Shown: positions 18,771 to 29,245 of the stretch, one piece after another | Layout: each line of letters opens with the position of its first letter | Position numbering within the stretch: the stretch's first letter is position 1 | From: Magnetococcales bacterium | Lineage (GTDB): Bacteria > Pseudomonadota > Magnetococcia > Magnetococcales > JADFYX01 | Assembly: GCA_015232405.1 (NCBI GenBank) | Contig: JADFZS010000003.1 | Location: forward strand, 13,433-77,432 | Length of the DNA stretch: 64,000 bases | Direction of reading: 5' to 3' | Program-made: the position numbers and the translations under genes | The notes under the pieces: generated by a model | Database searches by the model: none | The model's input: only the letters and a program-made list of their open reading frames with translations | Told to the model about the DNA's origin: nothing

Positions 18771-20480
18771 ATGAGTGCAAATGAGCCAGCAAAAACAGTT
18801 GATTTTATCCGTAGAATCATTGCAGAAGATTTAGCAGCAGGTAAAAACGGTGGCAAAGTAACCACCCGTTTTCCCCCAGAACCAAACGGCTACCTACATA
18901 TTGGTCATGCAAAATCTATTTGTCTGAACTTCGGTATTGCCCAAGAGAATGCAAGTAGTATATGTCATCTGCGTTTTGACGATACCAACCCGGAGAAAGA
19001 GAATGAAGAGTATATAGAATCCATAAAAAAAGATGTTAAATGGCTCGGCTTTGACTGGAAATCAAATCTATTTTTTGCATCTGACTATTTTGATAAACTT
19101 TTTGAGCTGGCAAAGGTTCTTATTCAAAATGGTGACGCTTATGTCTGTAGCCTGTCAGCTGATGAGATACGAGAATATCGGGGTACTCTAACCGAGCCTG
19201 GTAAAAACAGCCCTGACCGTGAGCAATCACCAGAGGTAAACCTAGATCTTTTTTTGCGTATGCGAGATGGTGAGTTTGCTGATGGTAGTTATACTCTAAG
19301 GGCTAAAATAGATATGACGTCGCCAAATATAAACATGCGCGATCCTGCCATCTATCGTATCCGCAGAGCCACCCATCACCAAACAGGTGACAAATGGTGC
19401 ATCTATCCCATCTATGATTTTACCCACTGTATCTCAGACGCTTTGGAGGCCATAACCCACTCCCTATGTACTTTAGAGTTTGAAGACCATCGCCCTCTTT
19501 ATGATTGGTTTTTGGACCGTTTACAACCACAGCTAAAGCAGCACCCCCAACAAATTGAGTTTTCACGGCTGGCTCTGGATTATACCGTTGTTAGCAAGCG
19601 TAAACTAATCAAGCTGGTTAACGATGGTTTTGTCGCAGGATGGGACGATCCCAGAATGCCAACCATATCTGGCCTCAGACGACGGGGCTACACACCTGAA
19701 TCCATCCGTAATTTTTGCAGCAGAATTGGCATCACAAAAACTCCCAATAATGTTGAGATTGGTTTTTTGGAAGGGTGTTTGCGAGAAGATCTTGAGAACA
19801 AGGCACTACGGGCCATGGCAATTCTCAAACCTTTAAAGGTTGTTATCGATAACTATCCCGTTGACAAAGTTGAAGAGATAACCGCACCCAACCATCCCCA
19901 AAACCAGGAGTTAGGCAACCGTACCATATATATGACCCGTGAAGTGTATATAGACCGCGATGATTTTATGGAAGTAGCTCCAAACAAAAAATTCAAACGA
20001 TTGGTGACCGGAAAAGAGGTCCGTCTGCGTAACTCGTATGTAATAAAGTGTGAAGAGGTGATAAAAGATCCCAATAGTGGAGAGATTGTTGAGTTGCGCT
20101 GTAGCTATGATGAAAACACTTTAAATGCCAATCCAGAAGGACGGAAAGTTAAAGGGGTGATTCATTGGGTTTCGGCAACTCAATCTATTAAAGCAGAAAT
20201 ACGTCTTTATGACCGCCTTTTTGTAAACGCCAATCCTGAAGATGGTGGTGATTTCCTCGCTAATATAAATCCCAGTTCATTGACGACATTAAAAGATTGC
20301 CCTATTGAGTCGAGTTTGGTTAAAGCAAACAGCGGTGACACCTTTCAGTTTGAACGGGTAGGTTATTTTAGTAAAGATCCCGACTCAACCGAGGAGCAAC
20401 CGATATTCAACCGTGCCGTTACTTTAAGAGATTCCTGGGCAAAAATCTCTGAACCACGCAGAGAACAACGAAAAAGATGA
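18771..20480 (+). CDS. glnS: Glutamine--tRNA ligase
   Basis: [17 protein letters not shown] (HIGH motif), [20 protein letters not shown] (KMSKS-like) and RFERVGYF-type QFERVGYF. Confidence 0.95.
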   Translation: MSANEPAKTVDFIRRIIAEDLAAGKNGGKVTTRFPPEPNGYLHIGHAKSICLNFGIAQENASSICHLRFDDTNPEKENEEYIESIKKDVKWLGFDWKSNLFFASDYFDKLFELAKVLIQNGDAYVCSLSADEIREYRGTLTEPGKNSPDREQSPEVNLDLFLRMRDGEFADGSYTLRAKIDMTSPNINMRDPAIYRIRRATHHQTGDKWCIYPIYDFTHCISDALEAITHSLCTLEFEDHRPLYDWFLDRLQPQLKQHPQQIEFSRLALDYTVVSKRKLIKLVNDGFVAGWDDPRMPTISGLRRRGYTPESIRNFCSRIGITKTPNNVEIGFLEGCLREDLENKALRAMAILKPLKVVIDNYPVDKVEEITAPNHPQNQELGNRTIYMTREVYIDRDDFMEVAPNKKFKRLVTGKEVRLRNSYVIKCEEVIKDPNSGEIVELRCSYDENTLNANPEGRKVKGVIHWVSATQSIKAEIRLYDRLFVNANPEDGGDFLANINPSSLTTLKDCPIESSLVKANSGDTFQFERVGYFSKDPDSTEEQPIFNRAVTLRDSWAKISEPRREQRKR

Positions 20481-20629
20481 CTTTTTTTTACCCCTGACTA
20501 AAGACTTAACCATGCTGTTTAACTATGTAGCAATATACATAGCTCATACATTATTGGTTAGCTTTGGCTAAAAACCTGGTTTAATAGGTTTGAGAGGCAA
20601 TGAGAACAAAATATTTTTTGGAGTTTTGA

Positions 20630-21832
20630 ATGAAGAGTTTATTAGCAAAGATTATCCCGGCTGATCCGCAGTTGCAGCCAATGAACTTAAGCCGAGAGCC
20701 AATTGTCAACCGTTTTTGGGCAACAGGTTTGGTTGGGCTATGCCTGGGCTTTATATTGGGGTTTATGTTGTGGCTTTGGCAGCAGGGAATCATTGACCCA
20801 CCACAAGATTATTTTATCTTTAAATTTGCCCATGCAAAAATCCAGATTCTACTTTTTGCTGGCTCTTTTTTATTGGGTTTCGCACTGCAAGCTGGTCCCC
20901 ATGTAATTGGTGGCCCCCCTCCTCCATCAAAAAAGATTCTCTTTTATCTACCCATGCTCTGGGTAGGAATTGGGCTATCATTGGTTTCTGATCCCATGTT
21001 GACAATTGTTGGCAACATCATGACCAGTTACGCTTTTGCTGGCCCAGCTTTTATGTTGTTTGGCATTACCATGGCAGGTGTACCCCATTTTCGGGTTCCC
21101 AGGGGAATTCCCATAGCAGCATCATTTGCCGTTTTGGCGATTTCACCATGGTTGAATTTGGACGATCCTGATGTTGCCCTGTTTGTTCTGTGGTGTGGTC
21201 CAGTAACCGCAGCATTGGTTGCTGCCCAACAGTTAACCAACAATGTTTTAGGTGGTAAACTGTTGCAAGGTAAAAGCAGCTTGATATTTTTGGCTACGCT
21301 ATATTTGGCATGGCTTGTTACGGCAGGTGCAGGTTTTATCAACAGTGATTACTGGTGGTTTTCAGGACTACTCTGGACAGCTGTTTTATTTATCCAGGTA
21401 AAAGAGACCGACCTTATTGCCAGTGCAATGAGGCAGAAATTTACCGGAATTCAGGTAACATTACTTTTGGCTTTTGCTGGTCTGTTTGCAAGTGCCATCA
21501 TGCCATTGATAAGTGGTGATGATTTTATGGCTGATGCTGCGGTACACCTTCTAGGAGCCGGGGTGATAACCATCTTGATTCTTGGTGTTGCAGCCAGGGT
21601 AGCAGGCTTTTTCTGTGGGCTTATGGTGTTACCAGACCGAGCTTTGGTCTACCTACTATTTGCATGGTGTATTGTAGCAATTACCAGGACCGTAACCCCC
21701 TGGGGCATGGGAAGCACAACAACTACCATTGCAACCATACTGTTGGGAACTCTATTACTGGTAATTTGGGTAGTTCCCATGGCAAGAAACATAATAAAAA
21801 TCGGCAGACAGTACAACCCACCAAACAACTAG
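20630..21832 (+). CDS. NnrS-family haem/copper membrane protein
   Basis: About 12 predicted TM helices. The N-terminal FWATGLVGL...FAHAKIQILLFAGSFLLGF pattern and ~400 aa length are consistent with NnrS. GGAG sits 8 nt upstream of the ATG. Confidence 0.7.
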   Translation: MKSLLAKIIPADPQLQPMNLSREPIVNRFWATGLVGLCLGFILGFMLWLWQQGIIDPPQDYFIFKFAHAKIQILLFAGSFLLGFALQAGPHVIGGPPPPSKKILFYLPMLWVGIGLSLVSDPMLTIVGNIMTSYAFAGPAFMLFGITMAGVPHFRVPRGIPIAASFAVLAISPWLNLDDPDVALFVLWCGPVTAALVAAQQLTNNVLGGKLLQGKSSLIFLATLYLAWLVTAGAGFINSDYWWFSGLLWTAVLFIQVKETDLIASAMRQKFTGIQVTLLLAFAGLFASAIMPLISGDDFMADAAVHLLGAGVITILILGVAARVAGFFCGLMVLPDRALVYLLFAWCIVAITRTVTPWGMGSTTTTIATILLGTLLLVIWVVPMARNIIKIGRQYNPPNN

Positions 21833-21893
21833 CAAAATAATGATATTTAACAATTAGTTACAAAACAAAACCAGATATCATATATTTTAAAGG

Positions 21894-21921
21894 TTGCGGG
21901 TACAAATAGTACTGCTATAAT
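21894..21921 (+). promoter_or_regulatory. Putative sigma70-type promoter for tRNA-Arg
   Basis: TTGCGG (21894-21899), a 16-nt spacer, then TATAAT (21916-21921). This lies about 50 nt upstream of the tRNA. Confidence 0.4.
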
Positions 21922-21973
21922 CTCCACTCTTTTGCAGATCAACAAGGCAGCAGATTTACAAAAAAGCTATTTT

Positions 21974-22050
<77 letters not shown>

Positions 22051-22053
22051 TAT

Positions 22054-22091
22054 AAAAAAAGGTTTAGCTAGAAATGGCTAAGCCTTTTTTT
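22054..22091. terminator. Hairpin terminator after the tRNA, also the 3' end of the convergent TetR gene
   Basis: An A-run, GGTTTAGC (22061-22068) paired with GCTAAGCC (22077-22084), then T7. Confidence 0.5.
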
Positions 22092-22720
22092 GTTGCCGGG
22101 CGTGAATTTGTGTGTGACTTTTCTCTTGTCTTCTCTATACCATTGTTCGTCATCCCTCCTCCTTCTGGATTAAGTCGTGCCAGAACCCAGTTTAAACTGT
22201 GAAGATAGTCATTTATTGTCAATGTGACTTCATCACCGTTGTGACTGGACCCAGTTGTAGCTGAAATGGCAAAGCCATGGGTATAATCGACAATCAAATT
22301 TAGAATTATATCAACCTCGTCATCATCCACCCCACATTCGGTGATGTTGGAATGGATAAGGTTTGTGAGCACAACTAATTGCCCGGAGAAAAGTGATTGA
22401 TCCGCCAGTACACACTGGGCAAGGTTGGGATGCTCCAAAACACGGGTACAATATCGTGTGAGAATGAAGCGTAGTGAGTCTATTGGTTTACATTTTTCAG
22501 GTGCATCTCCTACCCCCTGATAGATCAAAGAAACCAGATCAGAAATCATCTTGTGCCGTGTACCGACATGATGAGATACCGCCATAGGCGTAACATTATG
22601 CTTCTTTGCCAAAGCCCGGAATGAGAGAGCTTTTTCCCCCTCTTCATCAATAATATTTAATGCAGATTTTAGTAAGACCTCTTTGGAGAGTTTGGATTCG
22701 TTTTTTAATGGGCGAGACAT
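22064..22720 (-). CDS. TetR/AcrR-family transcriptional regulator
   Basis: N-terminal HTH: LLKSALNIIDEEGEKALSFRALAKKHNVTPMAVSHHVG. I prefer the ATG at 22720 (GGAG upstream, no overlap with the upstream gene) over the tracked 22765 start. Confidence 0.8.
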   Translation of the reverse strand: MSRPLKNESKLSKEVLLKSALNIIDEEGEKALSFRALAKKHNVTPMAVSHHVGTRHKMISDLVSLIYQGVGDAPEKCKPIDSLRFILTRYCTRVLEHPNLAQCVLADQSLFSGQLVVLTNLIHSNITECGVDDDEVDIILNLIVDYTHGFAISATTGSSHNGDEVTLTINDYLHSLNWVLARLNPEGGGMTNNGIEKTREKSHTNSRPATKKGLAISS

Positions 22721-22736
22721 TTTGACATACTCCGGT

Positions 22737-23282
22737 TTATAAAATCTTGTAGTGGTTTTGGACAAGTCCAGAGCTGAAAGATTCCGACTTGGTCAACTCA
22801 AGATCTATATCGTTATCAACCGGACCAAACAATCTAAGCCCGTCACCGATAAGAATTGGAATAGAGGTGATAGTCATATCCTGTATCAGTCCTGAACGAA
22901 TAAAGGACTGGACTAGTTTTCCTCCATCCACATAGGCCCGTTTCCATCCTTCCTTTTCTAAAGACAACATCAACTCTTGCTGTGAAAGTTGCGTCAGACG
23001 GACTTTTCCCTTTAACTCTGTTGGAATATCTTCATCAACCAGAGAACGGCTCATGACAATTACTGGCTTTTTATAGGGCCATGGTCCTAAAGTCAGAACA
23101 TTTTTGAAGGACCCGCTTCCCATAATAATACCATTGACACTGTCCATGAAATCATCAAAGCCGTGATCTTCCCCTTCAATTTTTTGCTTCATAAGCCAGT
23201 CAAGTGAGTGGTTATTTCTTGCTACGAAACCATCAAGGCTTGTAGCCATATATATGTGTCCAGTTAACATGCTACCCTCCAT
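22737..23282 (-). CDS. Dihydrofolate reductase-like protein (RibD C-terminal domain family)
   Basis: YMATSLDGFVAR...GIIMGSGSF...KPVIVMSRS...DGGKLVQSFIRSGLIQDMTITSIPILIGDGLRLF. The start could be an internal Met a few codons downstream. Confidence 0.75.
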   Translation of the reverse strand: MEGSMLTGHIYMATSLDGFVARNNHSLDWLMKQKIEGEDHGFDDFMDSVNGIIMGSGSFKNVLTLGPWPYKKPVIVMSRSLVDEDIPTELKGKVRLTQLSQQELMLSLEKEGWKRAYVDGGKLVQSFIRSGLIQDMTITSIPILIGDGLRLFGPVDNDIDLELTKSESFSSGLVQNHYKIL

Positions 23283-23628
23283 TAAATATTTTATTTATAC
23301 GGTGTATAATTAATGCTCGACTCAATGTCAATGTTTATATTTCGTATGTAGGATCAAAAACCAACTCCAGACACAAACGCCTACCTTCATTAAAATTAGG
23401 TGCGTCTCGCCCTCACCCTTTATGCGACCTAAATATGTAAGGAATCCCGGTCAACAGACTATACGGAAAAACAAATCGAAATTGACCATCAAAAATCCAG
23501 AAAATATTCGGTTCTGAGAAATTGCATTTATCCAAACGCAAACTAAGGGATAGAATTCGGAGCTAGCCATCACAACCATAATGTGTATATAATTCAAATT
23601 GTATACACACAGATTGATGGAGAGGGCA

Positions 23629-23823
23629 ATGCGAACCAACATAGTAATAAATGATGACCTTATGCACCAAGCCCTAGCTATTTCCGGCCTAAAGACAAAA
23701 AAGGAAGCTGTTGAAACTGGCCTAAATCTTCTGGTCAAAATGAAACAGCAAGAGCAAATCCGTGAAGCCAGAGGCAAGCTGAAATGGGAAGGTGATCTGG
23801 ATCAAATGAGGAGTGACAATTGA
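23629..23823 (+). CDS. vapB: Type II antitoxin, VapB family
   Basis: MRTNIVINDDLMHQALAISGLKTKKEAVETGLNLLVKMKQQEQIREARGKLKWEGDLDQMR matches the VapB (DUF2191-type) pattern. GGAGAGGG lies upstream of ATG 23629. A small inverted repeat GTGTATA/TATACAC (23583-23608) lies upstream. Confidence 0.75.
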   Translation: MRTNIVINDDLMHQALAISGLKTKKEAVETGLNLLVKMKQQEQIREARGKLKWEGDLDQMRSDN

Positions 23824-24215
23824 TAGTTGTTGACTCTTCTGTTTGGATCGATTTTTTCAACGGCAAGGATTCTGAGAAAACAGATCTCCTCGATAGGCTT
23901 ATTGGTCAGGAACGAATAGTCATTAGCGATTTTATCTTGACTAAAGTTCTTCAGGGCTTTCAAAGAGACAAAGATTTTCAGCTTGCCAAAAGCCTTCTGG
24001 ATACCTTGGAATTTAAATCTATGGCAGGCAAGGAGATTGCCCATAGAAGCGTAGAGAACTACCGTAAACTATGTAGTAAAGGGGTGAAGGTGCGAAAGAC
24101 CAATTATGTTATAATCGGTACATTCTGCATATTGAACAGCTATCCCCTCCTCCATGACAATCATGATTTCGATCCAATGGAAAAATATCTCGGATTGAAT
24201 ATGCTCAAGCCATAA
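23820..24215 (+). CDS. vapC: Type II toxin VapC (PIN-domain ribonuclease)
   Basis: MIVVDSSVWIDFFNG... is a PIN N-terminal acidic motif. The TTG start overlaps the vapB stop by 4 nt, and the ~131 aa length fits. Confidence 0.8.
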   Translation: MIVVDSSVWIDFFNGKDSEKTDLLDRLIGQERIVISDFILTKVLQGFQRDKDFQLAKSLLDTLEFKSMAGKEIAHRSVENYRKLCSKGVKVRKTNYVIIGTFCILNSYPLLHDNHDFDPMEKYLGLNMLKP

Positions 24216-24361
24216 CCGCTAATTTAAAAAAAACTGTGTGTGAAACCTGCTCCAAAATCTGCAAAAACCCACACATATGGTGAAAACAATTAACTAGAAT
24301 AACAATATATTTCCATACAGTTAAGGCACAACAAGGAGGTTGCAAAGCTGGGAGTCATCGC

Positions 24362-24406
24362 CTACGAACCAAAAGGCCAGACATTTGAACTGTTCCTGGT
24401 GCACCA
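24362..24406 (+). pseudogene. Decayed copy of the 3' half of tRNA-Arg(ACG) (att-like direct repeat or tRNA relic)
   Basis: CTACGAACCAAAAGGCCAGACATTTGAACTGTTCCTGGTGCACCA aligns without gaps to tRNA positions 22006-22050 at 35/45 identities. The first 15 nt are identical and most differences are transitions. The T arm can no longer pair. A hairpin plus T6 follows at 24418-24447. Confidence 0.6.
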
Positions 24407-24848
24407 ATATCAAAAAAGCACTTAGTCTTCTGGCTCAGTGCTTTTTTGATAAAAAAACAGCTTATACAATTGGTTTCCGGCGAACCAAGATTATATGGAA
24501 AAATGTGTTTTGAAATTGATTATGATATTGACAAAGTTTAGCCTGTTTCTAGTGGCATGGGTAATATTGTTCGGAGCTACTTCTATTTTGAAAAACATTA
24601 AGGTTTAAGGATTAGCAAGATACAGAGGAAGTTGTTTTGTATATAGAATCTAGCTGGTCCAATTGATGATGGAGAATGTACTCGCAATCTCTTGATCAAG
24701 AATATACAAGGTAATGGAAATCCATTTGTTGAGTGGAGAGCATATCAGATGTATGCATTGTTACTCTTTAAAACCTCATCTAAGAATCAAAGGTGATGAA
24801 AAAGCCATATACCATAATTCAGTATATCCATAATTGGAAAACACCAAT

Positions 24849-25835
24849 ATGAAAGCAATTGTATACAATAAATATGGGCCACCAGATGTGCTAGAACTTA
24901 AAGAGATAGAAAAACCTATTCCAAAAGATAATGAATTACTTATAAAAATATATGCGACAACGGTAACAGCAGGGGATTGGAGAATGCGTAAGGCTGATCC
25001 TTTCCTCGTTAGAATATTTAATGGCCTCTTAAAACCAAAAAAATTAACCATACTAGGTATGGAACTCTCTGGTGTAGTGGAATCAGTTGGCAAAGATGTA
25101 AAATTTTTCAAGAAAGGTGATCCGGTTTTTGGATCTAGTACTGGGTTGAGTTTTGGTGCATATGCCGAGTACATACGCCTACCTGAAAAGTGGGAGGAAG
25201 GAGTGGTAGCTGTCAAGCCTATTAATATTACCTTTGAAGAAGCTGCCGCTAGTGTTATTGGTGGACTTACAGCATTACATTTTCTAAAAAAAGGCAATAT
25301 CAAAAAAGGGAATAAAGTTCTTATCATTGGAGCTTCTGGAAGTGTGGGTACATTTGCAATTCAACTTGCCAAGTACTTTGGAGCAGAAGTTACTGGTGTA
25401 TGCAGTACTACGAATTTAGAAATGGTAAAATCTCTTGGGGCCGATAAAGTAGTTGACTATACTGCAGAGGGTTTGACTGAAAATTCAGAGACATATGACA
25501 TAATATTTGACACTGTAGGCAAAAGCTCATTTTCAGGTTGTGTGAGGTCACTTAAGAAAAAAGGATTTTATCTTAGAGCTGTCCATATGGAGTTGTCACC
25601 ATTAATGCGAGGGTTATGGACTTCAATAACAAGCAGCAAGAAAGTAATTGGTGGAGAAGCAAGCGAAAAGAGTGAAAATCTTAAATTCCTCAAAAAGCTT
25701 TTGGAGGCAGGAAAAATAAAATCAATCATAGATAGGCGTTATCCATTGGAGAAGATTGTCGAAGCGCATAGGTATGTTGAAAAGGGGCATAAAAAAGGAA
25801 ATGTTGTAATCAATATAGATTTAATGTCAAATTGA
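24849..25835 (+). CDS. NAD(P)-dependent zinc-type alcohol dehydrogenase / quinone oxidoreductase family (MDR)
   Basis: [19 protein letters not shown]...ATTVTAGDW...GDPVFG...[19 protein letters not shown]...HKKGNVVI. Confidence 0.85.
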   Translation: MKAIVYNKYGPPDVLELKEIEKPIPKDNELLIKIYATTVTAGDWRMRKADPFLVRIFNGLLKPKKLTILGMELSGVVESVGKDVKFFKKGDPVFGSSTGLSFGAYAEYIRLPEKWEEGVVAVKPINITFEEAAASVIGGLTALHFLKKGNIKKGNKVLIIGASGSVGTFAIQLAKYFGAEVTGVCSTTNLEMVKSLGADKVVDYTAEGLTENSETYDIIFDTVGKSSFSGCVRSLKKKGFYLRAVHMELSPLMRGLWTSITSSKKVIGGEASEKSENLKFLKKLLEAGKIKSIIDRRYPLEKIVEAHRYVEKGHKKGNVVINIDLMSN

Positions 25836-25882
25836 GTATTTTTGGATAAACTTCAAAATTAAATCAAATTAAGATCAATCAT

Positions 25883-26614
25883 ATGCTAGAAAAATCATTA
25901 ACAAACAAACTAGAAAAACTATTATCTCAATATGAAGAAGCCTTCACCATAGATGAGTTGTGTGGCTTTCTCTACGGTATCTCCATCACACAAGAACTAA
26001 TTATTCCCAATGAATGGCTCCCAGTGATTTTCAACGGGGATTTGCCTGGTTTTGATTCAAAAAATGAAGCTTAAGAAATTATAAATCTTTTAATAGAAGC
26101 TTATAATCATTTTTTAAAAGAATTTCATGATGGAAAGTTGGAATTTCCCTATAATTATGCAGAGATGGAAGATAATGATTTTATCAAAGTTGAAGATTGG
26201 TGTACCGGTTTATCCCATGGAATGAGGATGAGAAGTGATTTTTGGTTTCAATATGAAGATCCAGAAGAAATGGATGAAACGGACGAAGCGGAAAATGAAA
26301 TTCATTATTGTATTGCAATTGTAGCAGCTTGTGCAGATCCAGACAACATGGAGCAACTTTTTGATCATACACTGTCAAATAATCCAAAATTTAGAGAAAA
26401 TGGTTTTGATCAAGATGAACTTCTTGCAAATATTTTTGGAACCCTACCACATGCTATTGAAACTTTAACAGCTTTTGGTACAGAAATGGCTGCTGAAAAT
26501 AAAGAATTTTTGATACCACCACAAACAGTTAGTAATAAAAAGAAAATCGGAAGAAATGAACCATGCCCATGTGGTAGTGGTAAAAAATTTAAAAAATGTT
26601 GTATTGGGTTATAA
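25883..26614 (+). pseudogene. YecA-like UPF0149 / SEC-C-motif protein interrupted by one in-frame TAA
   Basis: ORFs 25883-26074 and 26138-26614 are in the same frame, separated only by TAA at 26072-26074. The frame reads through as ...[24 protein letters not shown].... The C-terminus is the SEC-C metal-binding motif [15 protein letters not shown]. Total length of ~243 codons is similar to YecA. Confidence 0.65.
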
Positions 26615-26697
26615 CACCAGAAGATCTGAGTACATTCAGTGCTCACCTTACCAAGCTCACTGTAGAAGCGCCACTCAATGCAGAATTGGAATAAATA

Positions 26698-29001
26698 TTA
26701 TTTAGCCTCTCTAATTATTCGGAATCCTACATTATCACTTATACTCTTAGCAGGTTGGTGAAAGCGACTGGCGCAACGGGCACTGTTAGCATCATATTTC
26801 ATTGAACCACCCCTTATAACATGTGTGTTGCTTCCAAAATTATTTACTGGATTATTTAAAGAATGGTTGCTATAAGCGGTCTTGGAGTATGAGTCTTGCA
26901 CCCACTCCCAAACATTTCCACTCATATCATGTATACCTAATTTATTAGCTTTTTTCATACCAACAGGTTGTCGAGAACCTTTAGAATTATTAAAATACCA
27001 AGCTACAGCATTTATATTTGCACCTCCCGCAAACAATTCATTTTTACCTGCACTGCGGCATGCATATTCCCACTCAGCTTCTGTTGGTAATCTAAATCGA
27101 TTTGATTTGCTAGTGTTCATTTTGTTGATGAATCTATTAACTTTACCCAAGGAGACTCTTACAACAGGGAAATTGTCTAATTTTTGTTTTGGTATATTGC
27201 TATCAAGAACCTTGTTCCATTCTCTAAGGCTAACTTCATACTTCCCTATCCAAAACCCATCAACACAGACTTTATGAAGAGGCTGTTCATCTTGATCCCC
27301 TTTTTTGCTGCCCATATAAAAACAACCTTTCGGAACCCAAACAAAGTTAATTCCTGAACCAGGGTCTTTCCACCTTTCTCCTGCTCTTGTAATATGCTTT
27401 GTTTTCAATAACAACTTCCTCTTACCATCATAAAGAAATACATATTTCAAAATGTTTGATCTATTTAGATGTGCATAAATTCGATGTTTTTTCCCTAGCT
27501 TAAATAACTTACGGGCATTTTCGCCAGATATTTGCAGATAAGTATATCCTAGCTCTCTCAATAAGTTCTTTGCCCAAGGTTTTACAGCTAGCTTAACTGG
27601 AAATATCATTGTTTCCGAATTATAAAGCTTGGAATCTAAAGTTGCTACGGCAACTTCATAACCGGGTTTTCCAGCATTTTTATTTAATGTTCTATAAAAA
27701 GAATTGAGCCTGTTATTATAGTCACTCCAAGATTCGAAGGGATCACGAACAGGGTGAACAACAATATTTTGCTCTTGTTTGTGGGTTATAAATTCTTTTG
27801 GTTTAATTTTTTTATGACTCACATTTTCTGCTAATTGAGCCAAACTTTCAGACAACTCTAATGCAATCAAGCTTTCAGGATTAATTTTCCTCATCCTTTC
27901 AATATAAATTTTAGCTTTATTTACATCATTTTTTTCAATTGCGCGACTAGCAAGCTTTGCATATCTTTTTTCTATTTCAAACAATCCCTTCCCTGCTGCA
28001 AGATTATTATAATCCAATTGCTGAACCTTATTGAAACAATCTAGAGCATTTCTTGGTGGTTGACCCTTTTTTGTTACTGGTTGTGTTAAAGCATTACGGG
28101 ACAACATATCTTGACAGACCAGCAATAAAGTCTTGGCTTGTGATTTGGGATTAGGTGGGACAACCAAAGATGATGGGGGTGCATGAATTGCTGTTGGTCT
28201 ACCATCAGGAGGTCCAGGCATAAACCAAAAATTTCCAGTTAATGAAGATGATTCCCAAGGAGTCTGTTGAGAATTTGTATCACTTAAAACTCCAGTCCGT
28301 ACTCGCTTAAAAGTTTGTTCAATACTCTGCCCGGGAACTCTCATCTGAGCTAGCAAGTGCTTTGTGTATGGACTATTTCGACCATCTCCATCTTTTGCTA
28401 CAGACCCAGGACTGGTAGAATAAGCTATCATAGTACCAGTTGGTGCATTCATACGGGCCAAACCATTTCTACCAGAACGAAAGCTTCTTTCATAAGGATT
28501 GTTTCTACAAGCATCCAAAATCACCACATTCATTCCATTACGAGCTGACGCCATTTTCCGTAGGATCAAATCAGCTTCTACTGCTTCATCAGCTACTTCA
28601 TCCTCAGAAAAGATATCTGACCCAATTGGTATCAAATAATTTTTACCTTCAACTTGCATTCCATGACCAGCGTAAAAAAATAGTCCTACACCTCCATCCT
28701 GCAACTTCTTCCCAAATTCTCGAATTGCTCGACGCATATCTTTTCTATTAGCGTTCTTCTTATAGATTACCTCAAAATCTAAATCAAGTAAGGCACTAGC
28801 TATATCAGAAGAATCATTCTTTGGATTGCGCAAAGGTGATGCTTTATAAGCCCAATTACCTATAACTAAAGCTATTCTGCGTTTAGTGCTATCAACTTCC
28901 AAGACCTTAATTCCTCTGTTTGCAGAATCTGCAAAAGATGTGCTTGAAATCATAGTTAACAATAAAATACAAAAGGACCACTTATTATATCCCAGCTTCA
29001 T
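26698..29001 (-). CDS. Secreted caspase-like peptidase (C14) fused to an FGE-sulfatase (SUMF1-like) domain
   Basis: Signal peptide MKLGYNKWSFCILLLTMISSTSFA. Caspase fold with a His/Cys dyad (LFFYAGHGMQ ... VVILDACRNNPY). A helical middle region. C-terminal FGE-type motifs: FVWVPKGCFYMGS, RLPTEAEWEYACR, HDMSGNVWEWVQD, IRGGS, VGFRI. Confidence 0.8.
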   Translation of the reverse strand: MKLGYNKWSFCILLLTMISSTSFADSANRGIKVLEVDSTKRRIALVIGNWAYKASPLRNPKNDSSDIASALLDLDFEVIYKKNANRKDMRRAIREFGKKLQDGGVGLFFYAGHGMQVEGKNYLIPIGSDIFSEDEVADEAVEADLILRKMASARNGMNVVILDACRNNPYERSFRSGRNGLARMNAPTGTMIAYSTSPGSVAKDGDGRNSPYTKHLLAQMRVPGQSIEQTFKRVRTGVLSDTNSQQTPWESSSLTGNFWFMPGPPDGRPTAIHAPPSSLVVPPNPKSQAKTLLLVCQDMLSRNALTQPVTKKGQPPRNALDCFNKVQQLDYNNLAAGKGLFEIEKRYAKLASRAIEKNDVNKAKIYIERMRKINPESLIALELSESLAQLAENVSHKKIKPKEFITHKQEQNIVVHPVRDPFESWSDYNNRLNSFYRTLNKNAGKPGYEVAVATLDSKLYNSETMIFPVKLAVKPWAKNLLRELGYTYLQISGENARKLFKLGKKHRIYAHLNRSNILKYVFLYDGKRKLLLKTKHITRAGERWKDPGSGINFVWVPKGCFYMGSKKGDQDEQPLHKVCVDGFWIGKYEVSLREWNKVLDSNIPKQKLDNFPVVRVSLGKVNRFINKMNTSKSNRFRLPTEAEWEYACRSAGKNELFAGGANINAVAWYFNNSKGSRQPVGMKKANKLGIHDMSGNVWEWVQDSYSKTAYSNHSLNNPVNNFGSNTHVIRGGSMKYDANSARCASRFHQPAKSISDNVGFRIIREAK

Positions 29002-29029
29002 AGAGCACCTATTTTACTTATCTAAGTTC

Positions 29030-29245
29030 TTTTTGTTCTACATCATTATCGAGAAGCATCAATCTCGTACTTTATCAGAGATAGAATTATTTAATAAACT
29101 CTACATTATACGAGCAACCTGGGCATGGAAATACGTTAAAGCAGGAGAAACTCTAGGAGAGTCTCGAAAAAGTTTTATAGGCTGCTATGTCCAGATCAGC
29201 CAGACGTAGGGTAAGATGAGCCTCTTCAATATATATAGGATTCAT
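29030..29245 (-). pseudogene. Possible eroded HEPN-domain partner of the MNT relic
   Basis: MNPIYIEEAHLTLRLADLDIAAYKTF... is followed by stops and shifts, with ...ALTYFHAQVARIM in another frame. The position immediately after the MNT gene fits an MNT/HEPN pair, but the sequence is too decayed to be sure. Confidence 0.3.

Larger units (their letters stand above)
22051..24361. mobile_element. Candidate remnant of a tRNA-Arg-integrated islet (TetR, DHFR-like, VapBC); no integrase
   Basis: Bounded by tRNA positions 22006-22050 and an ungapped 35/45-identical direct copy at 24362-24406. It carries a VapBC addiction module. Confidence 0.4.

Noticed and set aside
23451-23777. A 108-aa minus-strand ORF overlapping vapB and its upstream region.
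   Set aside because: It runs antisense to a confidently recognised VapB antitoxin. The sequence is Cys/Phe/Ile-rich and shows no family resemblance.
24495-24608. A 37-codon hydrophobic ORF (MEKCVLKLIMILTKFSLFLVAWVILFGATSILKNIKV) just right of the tRNA relic, considered as a type I toxin-like peptide.
   Set aside because: No Shine-Dalgarno sequence, no recognisable antisense RNA or promoter, and AT-rich intergenic DNA readily produces such ORFs. It cannot be supported without conservation or expression data.
28886-29209. A 107-aa plus-strand ORF overlapping the 5' end of the caspase-FGE gene and the HEPN relic.
   Set aside because: It lies opposite a confidently called gene start and a decayed TA module. 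The composition is low-complexity and AT-driven, and no domain is recognisable.
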